A stretch of DNA of 64,000 nt from Macrostomum lignano (Eukaryota): positions 62,001-126,000 of the forward strand of contig NIVC01001716.1 of the NCBI GenBank assembly GCA_002269645.1, read 5' to 3'. Shown in pieces: positions 1 through 11,500 of this stretch. The notes beneath the pieces were generated by a model. That model was given only the letters and a program-made list of their open reading frames with translations. It searched no databases and had not been told where the DNA came from. Made by a program: the position numbers and the translations under genes. Position 1 is the first letter of the stretch. Every line of letters begins with the position of its first letter.

Positions 1-424
1 CTGTCCTGCGGCAGCTGCAGGCCTGTCAGAGCCAATGGCAGGGCCATGGCGGCAGACCAGCAGCAGCAGGAGAAGAAGACAGCAAGCAGGACAGTTGGGG
101 CAAGCTGGCTGAGTTTAGTAGTGCCTACTGTGGTGTGTGGGAGGAAAGTGCGTTAATTATAATTCCGTCAGCAAACCAGGGGTGTCCCAAATCTGCAGTT
201 GCTACGGACGTCAAAACCTATAGTTACTATAGGGATGCACAAATCTGCAGTTGCTAGGGACGCCAAAATCTACAGTTACTATAGGGGCGCCCAAATCTGC
301 AGTTGCTAGGGTCGCCATAGTTACTATAGGGGTGCCCAAATCTGCAGTTGCTAGGGGCGGCAAAATTTATTTTAAAAAAATTAACAAAACTCAACCGATA
401 TTCTCTTTGCTCACCTGTTCTCAT
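1..424 (-). CDS. 5' part of a probable secreted protein/prepropeptide gene (coding exons 424-415 and 127-<1; runs off the window)
   Basis: ATG AGA ACA G|GTGAGC (424-415) is phase-compatible with acceptor TTCCTCCCACACACCACAG|TA at 127, giving MRTVGTTKLSQLAPTVLLAVFFSCCCWSAAMALPLALTGLQLPQD, with a hydrophobic signal-peptide-like core. Confidence 0.55.
183..362. repeat. ~56-bp minisatellite (about 3 copies) in the intron of the secreted-protein gene
   Basis: Repeated CCCAAATCTGCAGTTGCTAGGG...ATAGTTACTATAGGGG; preceded by hAT-like end CAGGGGTGTCC at 177-187. Confidence 0.85.
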
Positions 425-2675
425 ATTGACCGATTCGTGCAGTTCGAATAGGAGTTATTCCAAGAAATAATTATCCGTTAGTGTAGACGACCGGACTAAT
501 TAGTGAAGGATATTGAGTTCCACTAAGCCAGCACCTGCCCTCAATATATAGTCATTTTCAAGAGTAATTAACCACGCGTTATAATTCCATTCGTGAGTCA
601 ACTTTCGTTTTTTTATTGGACTTTGCAACGAGAATTAGTTAGAGCTAATTTTAAAGCAAAGTAAGACAGCTTCTAAATTTAGTTGCTGGGTTTGGAAATG
701 CACCCAAGGTATCAGTGGACTCTGGACAATGAGCAACCCTATATAACCCTTTATCATCTGATACGCTTGGATCATTTCGGTTGGATGATGAAATAACAAG
801 GCTGGTGATAAATTGCTAACGAGAGAGTCTTGCCTTAAAACAGTGACTAATTCCGACTTTTTAGCAAAGATAGATAAACAAATAAAAAAATGATACGAAC
901 TGACTATTTAAGCTACCTGGTTTTTTAGATGCAATCTGTGAGCCTAAAATTTATATTATTAGATAAAGACTGCACGTGCTGCTTCACGGTGCAGGTCAGA
1001 ATGATTGCTACGCGTGTGGTCCCCCCCGGCCCCTAGCCGATATTCCATTTGCTGTGTCCAGAGGCCATGATGTTGTACGCCCACACGGGTTTAAAAAGTC
1101 GCTATACGGGTGGTCCTCTTAACATGCGTGCGTAGCGCCTTTAGCATAGCGACAAAAAATACTTGAAAACATTGCATAGCTGCACATGTGTTGAGCGCTG
1201 CATGTTAAATTATCATTTTTTATGTTGCTAATCTAAATTTATCAATATAATTAATTTAGCTCGAAAAAACCTATAGAGGCTCCGGGGGGTTCGCAGCCAG
1301 TAGCCAGTTTAAAGTAGAAGTAAAACCCGTGTGAACCTGAGGGAAGTTCTTGGGTCTCCGGGGCCGGGCGGATGTGCTGTTCAGCTCCAGAGCCTGAGTC
1401 GGTGCGCGCTAGATGCACGACCGGGTTACATTATTGCCACTTTGAGGCTATTATATGTCATGTATAGTAAAATCCCCTAGGCGAATCTACAAATAAACCC
1501 CCCTGTTAGAGTAGCTTGATCTAGTGGCGAGCAGTCTAGGTCCCATAGCTGAGAGAGGGACAGCGAGAGACAAGCAGGGAGAATTTTGAAGGTAGAAATT
1601 AGCTAATCCGCAGACTAAGCTAACTCGCTGCCACCAGCCCGTGCGTCCTGGCTCACCACACCGACACCGGGACTTTCGAAATCGGGCTTCCGACTGCTTA
1701 GCGCTCACCTGCCAACTAGTGTCTTTTTGCTGTCAATCTCGAAGTCATAGCCGATGATAAGGGACACTGCTGGGACTAGATCGCATTGGCCATGCAGGTA
1801 CAGAGGGGACTTGTGCAGGGGATTCTTGCAGTGGCGAGCCTATGGGGTAGCTACATGTACTATTACATTGCTAAATACGAGGAATTGTACTTTTGGCCTT
1901 CAACGCGCCAACCAGCCTCTCGTAGCGCTGATGATAGACTAACTCGAACCTCAGAGACCGCATGATTCATTACCCGAGCCGCTTGGCGAATCTAGAGAGC
2001 ACAGAGTACATCTCTAGCGCCGATTCTGCACTATGGGCAATTTTGCTCACTGATTTGATAGATTGATCGACTGAGAACTGCCTTGCCATTGGTCCACTGC
2101 GACCGACGCCTACTAGCTTAGCTACTCATCTGAGCCATCGGCGAACAAAGAAATAAAACCGATAAAAATAACTGTCAGATTTAGCCTTCTCCTTAGATCA
2201 CTTCACACTTCAGATTGAATTGGAGTTTCAGACTACTAGTAGTATTATTGAATGATTTCTGCCTCAGCAACAGCACTACTGAACAAAATGAGCAAAAGTG
2301 TGCGCCTAATCCAGCTACTGAAATAGGGGGCAGATAGGGGATCACCCAATCAAGCAAGTCTAGGTAGCCTCTCACCCAACCAATCAGAAACTCAACAGCC
2401 GGAGACCAGGTAATCCACAGTGACCGAAACGGCTTAGTGCTTCGCAGCTGTAGGCTCAGGATGATGCTGTCACAGTCTTTGCAGATAGCTAGCAGATGAT
2501 GGTCTTAACCTCGATGATCGATGCCGTCGACCGGGGGGATTCGTCCTTGATGATGAGGGGGGTTGTCGCAATCCGTGGATCAATAGACGACGGTCGTGAC
2601 TCCGGAGGAGGTTACCGAGGTTTCGAGGTAAGAGCCGGTGCCGCGGAGCCTCTCCGAGCGGGCCAAAAACATCGG

Positions 2676-2806
2676 TTTATATAGCCGCCAACTGGACCGC
2701 AGTTTGTTAAAATGGACCACCTCGACGCTGATTGGCTGAGCGGATTTGTTATAACTGACGTCGAATTTTCTGATTGGCTGAGCTTGTTGCCACCCAAACT
2801 CACGTG
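2676..2806 (-). promoter_or_regulatory. Pol II promoter-like motif cluster (E-box, 2x CCAAT, CRE-like, TATA)
   Basis: On -: CACGTG 2801-2806; identical 13-mers containing CCAAT at 2770-2782 and 2728-2740; TGACGTC 2756-2762; TATATAAA 2683-2676. Confidence 0.45.
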
Positions 2807-3582
2807 ACCAAACGATCCTATCAGTTCCCTCGGGGCCATAAAAATACGCCAGTTGCTGTCATAAATTACTAAAAATCGCTACAGGATGATTTATGACTTT
2901 TCACATAGGAATTAAAAAAATTAATGAAAAAATATGCATTAGAAAGATCTTATTAAGTAGAAAGTGAAGATGGTGAAAAGAAATCGATAATCGCTAATCC
3001 CAAAGTACTTTTAGGGGTAAAACGCATAGGTGTCAGAGCTCTCACACGCTTGAATGAACACGAACAATAGGCCCTGACCTCATAAATCTGATGGCCTGTT
3101 TAGTTCCTGATTCTTGAATGCTCTTTCCCCAATCATGTTTTGGATATTAGTGCTGTTTGAAAATATCCCTTTTTTGTCATAAAAATTGTCAAGTTGTGCC
3201 GATTGAAGGTCATTTGCTGAAGAAAATAAAAGTAAAATTTGCTGTTTCAGACAATTCTCTCTATGTAGCCAAGTGAGCAGTTAGAAGCAGCGTTTTAATA
3301 TTGTCTTTAGGCGAGTGAAATAAACCGTTTATTTGCACGGATGCAAATAAATAAAATTTACACTGAGACCATAGACGTTCGACCGGGGCAAGCGGGGGAT
3401 ACGAGTACATAATCAGCGGTTCCAGTGCGTGACAACGATTGTCTGGCGAGCGCCGTCTGAATCAGCATCTGACTGAACTACTATCAATTATCTTATTGTC
3501 TGTTTGGCAAAGCCACTCTCTCGTTCCCTTGAAGTTCCGCTTTTGTCTATGTCCTATCTCTCTGCAGGCATTCCAGAGCACA

Positions 3583-3765
3583 GAATACCGCTCCCTTGTT
3601 TTGTTTCCCCCAAACATCGAGGGGACGTTCGCTAAACTAAAGAACGCCAAGAAGTTCGTCAGCATTGACCTGCGATCAGCTTATAGGCAGATTGAGTTAG
3701 ATGAGGCGGCTCGTGATCTGTCCGTGATAAATATCTCACGTGGTCTATGCAAATCGACGTCAAGA
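3583..3765 (+). pseudogene. Ty3/gypsy reverse transcriptase fragment
   Basis: PNIEGTFAKLKNAKKFVSIDLRSAYRQIELDEAARDLSVINISRGL matches the gypsy RT motif (P.IE..F..L..AK.F..LDL..AY.QI.L); flanks are not coding. Confidence 0.75.
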
Positions 3766-3931
3766 TCAAGTGCATGCATCAGCGTTCGCGCTTGCTCTGA
3801 TTCCTAGGAGAGAATCCATGCACATTCCCCTGACGACTGTGCATGAGCCACTTCAATGTATATAATTGAACCATCTGAAAAGAGTTCCTAACCGAAAAAG
3901 TACCGGTAATAGGAGCTTCGTGCCTTATTTT

Positions 3932-4297
3932 TTTATTTTATTAGACAGGGGGTTGTGTGCACCCTGGCGCACTTTAAGCGACATAGGCACACAACCGGCG
4001 AGAGGCATTACTGCCCATTCCGTCGACTCCCCTGAGCAGGCATACAAGCGCGCGGATACGTACGCTGTACGCAGGCACACACTCACACAGGAGTGTACAG
4101 CGGCACTAAACTTTATTTTATCGTAGGCATGTACACTTCACTGCGCCTTGGGGGGTTGGCTCTCAAGGCCGTTAATTGCACGAGCAGAGCCAAGCCGAGA
4201 TTCCAATTCAGCCCCAAATTAATGTGACTGCACTTGGAATCGAGCCTGGGTCGCTGGCACACCAGAGAAGCTGCGCTACCGCTGGGCTACGGCCCCC
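3932..4297 (-). mobile_element. Full-length tRNA-derived SINE with 18-bp TSD
   Basis: Head GGGGCCGTAGCCCAGCGGTAG (A box)...GGCTCGATTCC (B box); A-rich tail; direct repeat AGCTTCGTGCCTTATTTT at 3914-3931 and 4298-4315. Confidence 0.85.
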
Positions 4298-5591
4298 AGC
4301 TTCGTGCCTTATTTTGGCTCAGAAAAGTTGGAGCAGCTTTTTTTCTTAGTATATAGTGCAATTACAAGATTTCTGATCAATTTGAAAGGATGAGAGGAAA
4401 CAATAGCATTGTCCACTATTCATAGCTCAAGATTAATTTATTTTTGTATATTTATTTTGACTAACGCTGATTCATTAAAACTCGATCCGCGGGGGACTTT
4501 TAGCTTTGGAAATATTTGCAGAAAATATATAATTTTTGTATAATCTCTAATTTTTACAAATCTCTTTATTGACAGCAAAAACTCAATTAAGCAATCGAGC
4601 AGCTGTCATACTAAAAGACGATCAGTCAGTCTGTTTCTAATGAAAACTATTGCTATTGTATCAACTGTATCCATGTTAGGATTTTACATCGGTCTAATCA
4701 AAAAGCTTCAATCTCCATACAGTGTATTTTTTCGCACAAATCCAGCCTAATTTTTAAAATAAACGATGACATATCGTATTCTTCTGCTCAAAGTCGTCCT
4801 AGTATTTTTTAAAAAGATATGTAGTTGAAGTTCTACAAAAAATTCAAAGCTTAATTTTTTTATCGAAAAACTAACTTTTTCGATAAGGTGAAGGGTGCAG
4901 AGAGAAGGATGCAAATCCAATCCAAAAGTTTAGGTTTTAAAATTTATTTTAAAACACGTCATAATTCCGGACATTTTTAAGCTTTTTAATATTTAAAACA
5001 AAACTTTACACTTTGACGAAAATTTATATGATAACGCTGTATGGAGTCAATAAGTAACTTGCATTTAAAGCTTTGGATTTCAGATATTTTAAAAAATATA
5101 TATCGTAAAATGCTAACTTAAATTTATTTTCAAATGTGCAATAACGCAACAAGCTTGCATGCGAACTAAAATACTAAGGCAGTAAGCAGCAGACCAAATT
5201 TTATCACACTCTAACTTCAGCTCTACTTATTTCAATTATTGAATCACAGAAAACACTTACCATTTGTTCAGGGGCTAATAACTCCAATTTAATGCTTGCG
5301 TATTGATAGGCCTAATCCATTTGCATTAACGTGATTTTTGCATTCTAATAGGCCTAGGCTAAGTCAAATTAAACGCAACACAAATTTAAGATTTAAAGGT
5401 TTAAATGTAAGGATTTTATCTGCTTGCTTGAGGCTGGTAAAGAAGAATATTTTGTAGTATTTTCCTTTGATTACAATATTTTTCATATACTAAAAGTAAA
5501 ACTTTACTTACAATCCTACAATATCTACTTAGCTCTTGATTGTTTCATTTGGATGATTTAGGCCTATCATTTAATTTGACTGAATTTTACA

Positions 5592-8500
5592 ATGCCACCC
5601 AAAGGAAAAAATGAACCATCAAAAAAGACAGTGGAAAAACAAAAGCAGAAAGTCATAGAGGTAAATAATCTATTCTATTTTTATAATGCCAGTGACAAAT
5701 TTTATGCCTAAAGCTTGTAAATTATATAATCTTTTATTAGGCACCTGCCAGTTAGCAGCTTCACCTATAAGTTTTTTTCTTTAGCATATTACATTTAGGC
5801 CTATGGCTATAGTCTACCTTTAGAAATCTATTTGAATAATTTTGTGTTGATTGTTTGTTGCAAAAGTTAGGCCTAGCTTATTCCTTAAGCCTTAAGCCTT
5901 AAGGTAGGGGTTCCAGTGAGGTTTTGAAACATTTTTTATTCTTCGATATTTTTGGGCAGCTAAGTAGATCTCTGCAACCAAAATCCAAAATGGCCTCACT
6001 TGTTAATTTCTGTCAAGGAATAAAAAAATTATAGCATTTTTAGTTGTAGAAAATTTTGTAATTCCTTATGGCATTTTTGCATTACGGCCTGTGACCTTTT
6101 TTGCGCAAAAAGTACAATTTGCTATCCATACGGTTCAGGCTGAGAGCCTCCCTGCCCCTTCGCAGGGGTAGTCTAGCGGCGAAATTCTTCACCTCGAAAC
6201 CACCGACTCAATCCACTCAATGGAAGAAGCCAAAGAGCAAATCATCGTTAATGGAATATCAATTCCAATGCAAAAACGAAAAAAAATCTGCAAATTTACC
6301 ATTTATCTACTACAAGTAGATGCGCATTTTTTGGCAGGTTAACTTAAATATTGACCTTGCGGCAAACTTTCATGCAATGGGACTTATACCATGTCATTCA
6401 GCATGGAAATCTGCATATTAAACATGTTTAATTTCCTCGTCTCGGCCTTTCATGACGACACAAAGAAAAACGTGTTGAAAATTTTCAACTGACAGTAGAG
6501 GGGCCTTAGAAATTTTTTTTTCATTTTTTTTATTGCAAAATTTGTGCTTTACTATATCCTTTATTCATTCCTTTCATTTTATTTGTTATTCCTAGCACGC
6601 TTTAAGGTGATATTTCAATTGGCCGTATGAACCCTCATTTTTACGATTGGCTTCATTTCGTATTTGTGACACTTTTTGTGGTAACTTTCGACACGTATAA
6701 CTTTTTTCTTATGTCATACTATAAGAAGGTTCAACACATTTTGGAAAGTATAATTTGTCTAGTTTCTGTTGTATATTTCAGTTTGTCTTTATTTCGTAAT
6801 TTAGTACCTTTTTTCTTCATTCTACGTAAGACACAGTTTCATGTTTTTCATGTTTTGGGACATATTTCACAAACCTCATCGGAACCCCTACTTAAGGGTT
6901 AGGGCCTAGCTTAGTTAAGATCTTGATTCTACATGTAGGGTCTACATTAGAGGTACCAGTCATTTTGGTGACAAGTCATTTTGTGACAGATGTTTCAATG
7001 AGAAATAGTCATTTTGGTAACAAGTTGCTTTTATAATAGACACACTTCATTTTTGGATAAGAAATTAAAGATATAATGAGTATTGTCATTTTTGTGATAA
7101 GAGGTGCTTCATAGTATTAGCTTGTAGTTATTTTGTTCAGATTTATGCTTTGTACATATATTTAAAGTTTTTATCAAAATATTAATATATTTAAAAAAAC
7201 AAATAAAATTATAAAATTCTTATATAAATCATTTTGAATTGTCCCAGAGTTTTCAAACATATACATGTAAACCATAAACCTATATAGATAATCCTCATAA
7301 AATGCCAACTACAAGAAAAGCAGAAATTGACACTACATGTTTGGATTGAAAAACAATTCAAAAGATCGCAACTCTGTAATTGTAAATAAACAAAAAAACA
7401 GAACTTAACCTTTTCAAAAAATTATAAACTTTAGGTTGAATATCCCTTAAGATTTGCAAGCTAATTTCCTGTTTAAAAAACAGAATGGCTATCACTAAAA
7501 GGGTATTTTTCTTGTCACCAAAATGACTATAATCCTACATTAGGCTACATATAATTTTTAACTATACATGCATAAAACCTAGCCAAGCTAGTTGATACAA
7601 CTAATTGACAAAGGGCCTAGCCAAGATAAGTTTCAAAAATGCCAACCCAAAAAATATAGAAACAATACTAATCAAATAATTAAGGAATTTAGCCTAAATA
7701 TTATAGAGGCCTAGTCAAGGCCAAGGTACATATTGTAATTAAAGTAAGCAAAATAAATTGCATGACCAATATAAATCTGGGAGGTAGCATATTATATATT
7801 TTTAGCATATAATTCATGTTTGGTATATAAAAGAATATAATTTAAGAAATTTGTTTTGTTCTTATGACAATGTAAAACAGTACAATATTTTTTGAGAATA
7901 ATGTTTTTTATTTATAAAGTATTATTATGATACTAATATAAGATATTAGGCCAAGTAATTAAATTAAATATTATATATCAGTGCCCTTTAGCTTGTATTC
8001 TGTATATCTACAACAAAGGACAAATGTAAGACATCTATTGTAATAGCATAAACAATGTATTGGGCTATCTTTGTTCCAAAAATTTTGTTCCTATGCTTTT
8101 TAAAAATATCTATTAGCTTTAATAATATAATAATTAATTATACTTATATATGTATAACACCTGGTTGATCTATCTAGCTAGCTAGTAAAGGTAAGTTGCA
8201 AAAATTCCTACCAAAAGTACAGATATAGTACTAATTAGATAATGAAGCATTTAGTCTTTATAATAAGTTACTCCTGTCTGTCATTTATCTAAAATTATAT
8301 TAATTTTGCTTAGATTGCTTTAATAGGTAAATTGCATTTTTGGTCAAAAGTAAATCACATAACCAATGTAAATCAGGAGGGTTGCATATGTATGTTACAC
8401 TTGCTTTAATGCTATTAATAGCTTAGCTGGAGCTTTTGTGTGGCATATCTGAAGGCTGTATATGGCTGTTTAGTCCAATGACTAGGGGTTACCATATATA

Positions 8501-11500
8501 CCCTCAATTATCTTAGCTAATGTTGGTACCAATTTTATAGCTAGGTGAACTGAAGCAATGTAGAGTTAAGTGTCTTGCTCAAAGATACAAATTGTTCTAG
8601 TATGTTAAGAATTGAACCTCCAACCTTTAAGTTTTAAGTCAAACACTAACCATTAGGCTACAACTCCTTCTCCCTATTGGCTAGCAGTTTGCAATTATGT
8701 TGCCAGTTGGATGTAATAAAGCTATTCTTTTATGTATGTCTTAAGGGTTGGACAATATCGAATTTTTGAGATTTTCAAGATTCAATATTTTTTGACAATA
8801 CAATATGAGATTTAATAAAGATTTTGAAATGCTTAATTCAGATGAGACAAAGTAAAAAACTAACAATAAAGGCAGTTTTCTTTGTACAATTTTTATGCAT
8901 TCAAAAACAAATAAACTTTGTTCACTTTTGTTAAAAATCACAACCTTTATTTTGTAAAAAGCACAGAAATTTTTAGGTGCATCATTTTTCCAAACATGGC
9001 TAGATCCTAAATCCCTTAATATGGGTGACACTATAATAAGTTGATTTTTTAGCACTAATTTGATTCATATTGAATTCAATGCATTTATATTGATGTTTTG
9101 GTAATCTATGCTATATTCAAAAAGTTGGTATTCAACCCAGGGCTCTTTGTTTTACTTTATTTTATATCTCAGATTCTTGGCACTTTTTAAAATCAAGATT
9201 CAATTGAGAAAAAAGTCTAAATCTTGAATATCAATTGCAAGATTGAGATCTTGTCCAATGTCTACTATATCTATATATGTTTTTGTTTTAGATTTATTTG
9301 CTATACTAGACTTTTCAAACATTAAGCTTGAAATTCAAATATAATGAATTTAAATGATCAAATATTAAATAGTATTACCTAAAATAATATGATATCCAAG
9401 CAATGCTTGACCCACCTTTTTAGATATTAAAAGATGAAAATTAAGACTAAAGCTAGTGCCTCTAACTTTATGCTGGTTAAATTTGACAAAAAGAGACAAA
9501 AGTCTCTAGAGATACATAGCTCTAAATAAACATTAAATCAATTTTTACTTTTTGCTTTTTAACATTTTATTTAAACACGCAGGACAAGACATTTGGCTTG
9601 AAGAACAAGAAGGGTGCCAAACAGCAAAAGTTTGTACAACAGGTGTCTAAGCAGGTAACTTTGGGCAACAAAAGCGCAAGAGAAGTTGAAATAGCCAAGC
9701 AGGAGAAGGAAGCCAAGAAGGAAGAGAAGAAGAAGCAGGCAGCCGAGCTGAACGCCCTGTTCAAGCCAGTGGCCGAGCTGCAGAAAGTCGCCCACGGAGT
9801 CGATCCCAAATCCGTGCTGTGCCAATTCTTCAAGCAGGGCAAATGCACCAAGGGAGACAAATGCAAATTCTCTCACGACTTGTCCATCGCTCGAAAAACA
9901 GAGAAACGATCCATCTACGATGGCGAAGGCGCGGACAAAGGCGCTCAGGACTCGATGGAGAACTGGAGCCAGCAGCAGCTAGAAGAGGTTGTTAATAAAA
10001 AGCACGGCGAATCAGAGCGCAGTCTGCCGCCTACGACAATTATCTGCAAGTACTTTCTAGACGCTGTTGAGGACAATAAATATGGCTGGTTTTGGAGCTG
10101 TCCAAATGGCGAGAAATGCCACTACAGGTGATTGCTTTTAAAATGGCTTAACAATTTTGGATTATACATTTGTTACTAATATCTAATAAAAAATACTAAA
10201 ACTCTCTCTAAAGTAACACCTAATTCCTATTTAAATCGAAAACATTCTATTCCCATAATAGATCTCAAAATATCCCCAACAGAAATCTCTATTCCCATAA
10301 TAGATCCCCATTAGAAATCTCTATTCCCATAATAGATCCCAAAATATCCCCAACAGAAATCTTTATTCCCATAATAGATCCCCAATAGATATCACTATTC
10401 CCATAATAGATCCCAAATGTCCTCAACAGAAATCTCTATTCTCACGATAGTTTCCAAGATATCCTTAGCAGAGATTTCTATTCCCACAATGGTTTCCAAA
10501 ATATCCCCACCAGAGATATCTATTCCCAAAATAGTTTCCAAAATATCCCCACCAGATATCTATTCCCACAATGGTTTCCAAAATATCCCCACCAGAGATA
10601 TCTACGAGTATTCCCAAAATAGTTTCCAAAATATCCCCACCAGATATCTATTCCCACAATGGTTTCCAAAATATCCCCACCAGAGATATCTATTTCCACA
10701 ATAGTTCCAAAATATCCGCATCATAAATCCCATTCCGCAGACACGCCCTGCCGCCCGGTTTCGTGCTGAAGCGGGACAAGAAGAAAATGGAGGAGCAGCG
10801 CGAGCAGATCAGCCTGGAGGAGCTCATCGAATCGGAGCGGGCCGCCCTGGCCAGCCGGGCGGGCCAGACGCCGGTGACCCTGGCCAGTTTCCTAGCCTGG
10901 AAGCGGCGCAAGCGGGCGGAACGCCAGGCCAAAGCCAGCGCCGACAAGGCCAAACGCCAGGCCGAAGCCGCCGCCGGCCGTGTTGTCGGCATTAGCGGCC
11001 GCGAGATGTTCGAATTCCGGCCGGAAATGGGCCTGGACGCCGACGATCAAGACGATGACGGAGGTGTCGCTTGGGACTTCCGGCAGCGCGAGAGCGAGGA
11101 AGATCCGGAAGGCGCGGGTGGCGGCATGCAGGTTAGTGGGACGGCAGTCGCTTTTCTAGCTAGGGGACCGCCTTAAAAATTGTCTCTGTGAGAATCTCCC
11201 TATAGCCACTGTGAGAATCGCCCCATGAGCCACTGTGAGAATCGCCCTTTAACCACTGTGAGAATCGCCCCATGAGCCACAGTGAGAATGGCCCCATGAG
11301 CCACAGAGAGAATGGCCCCATGAGCCACAGTGAGAATCGCCCCATGAGCCACGGTGAGAATCGCCCCATGAGCCACGGTGAGAATCGCCCTATGAGCCAC
11401 AGTGAGAATCGCCCCATGAGCCACTGTGAGAATCGCCCCATGAGCCACTGTGAGAATCGCCCTTTAACCACAGTGAGAATCGCCCCATGAGCCACTGTGA

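Noticed and set aside
1010-1130. Another SINE-like fragment
   Set aside because: No A/B boxes, TSD or second copy in the window.
2590-2650. HDV-like fold downstream of the TATA box
   Set aside because: A 7-bp P1-like stem is present but no P3 or J1/4 GG.
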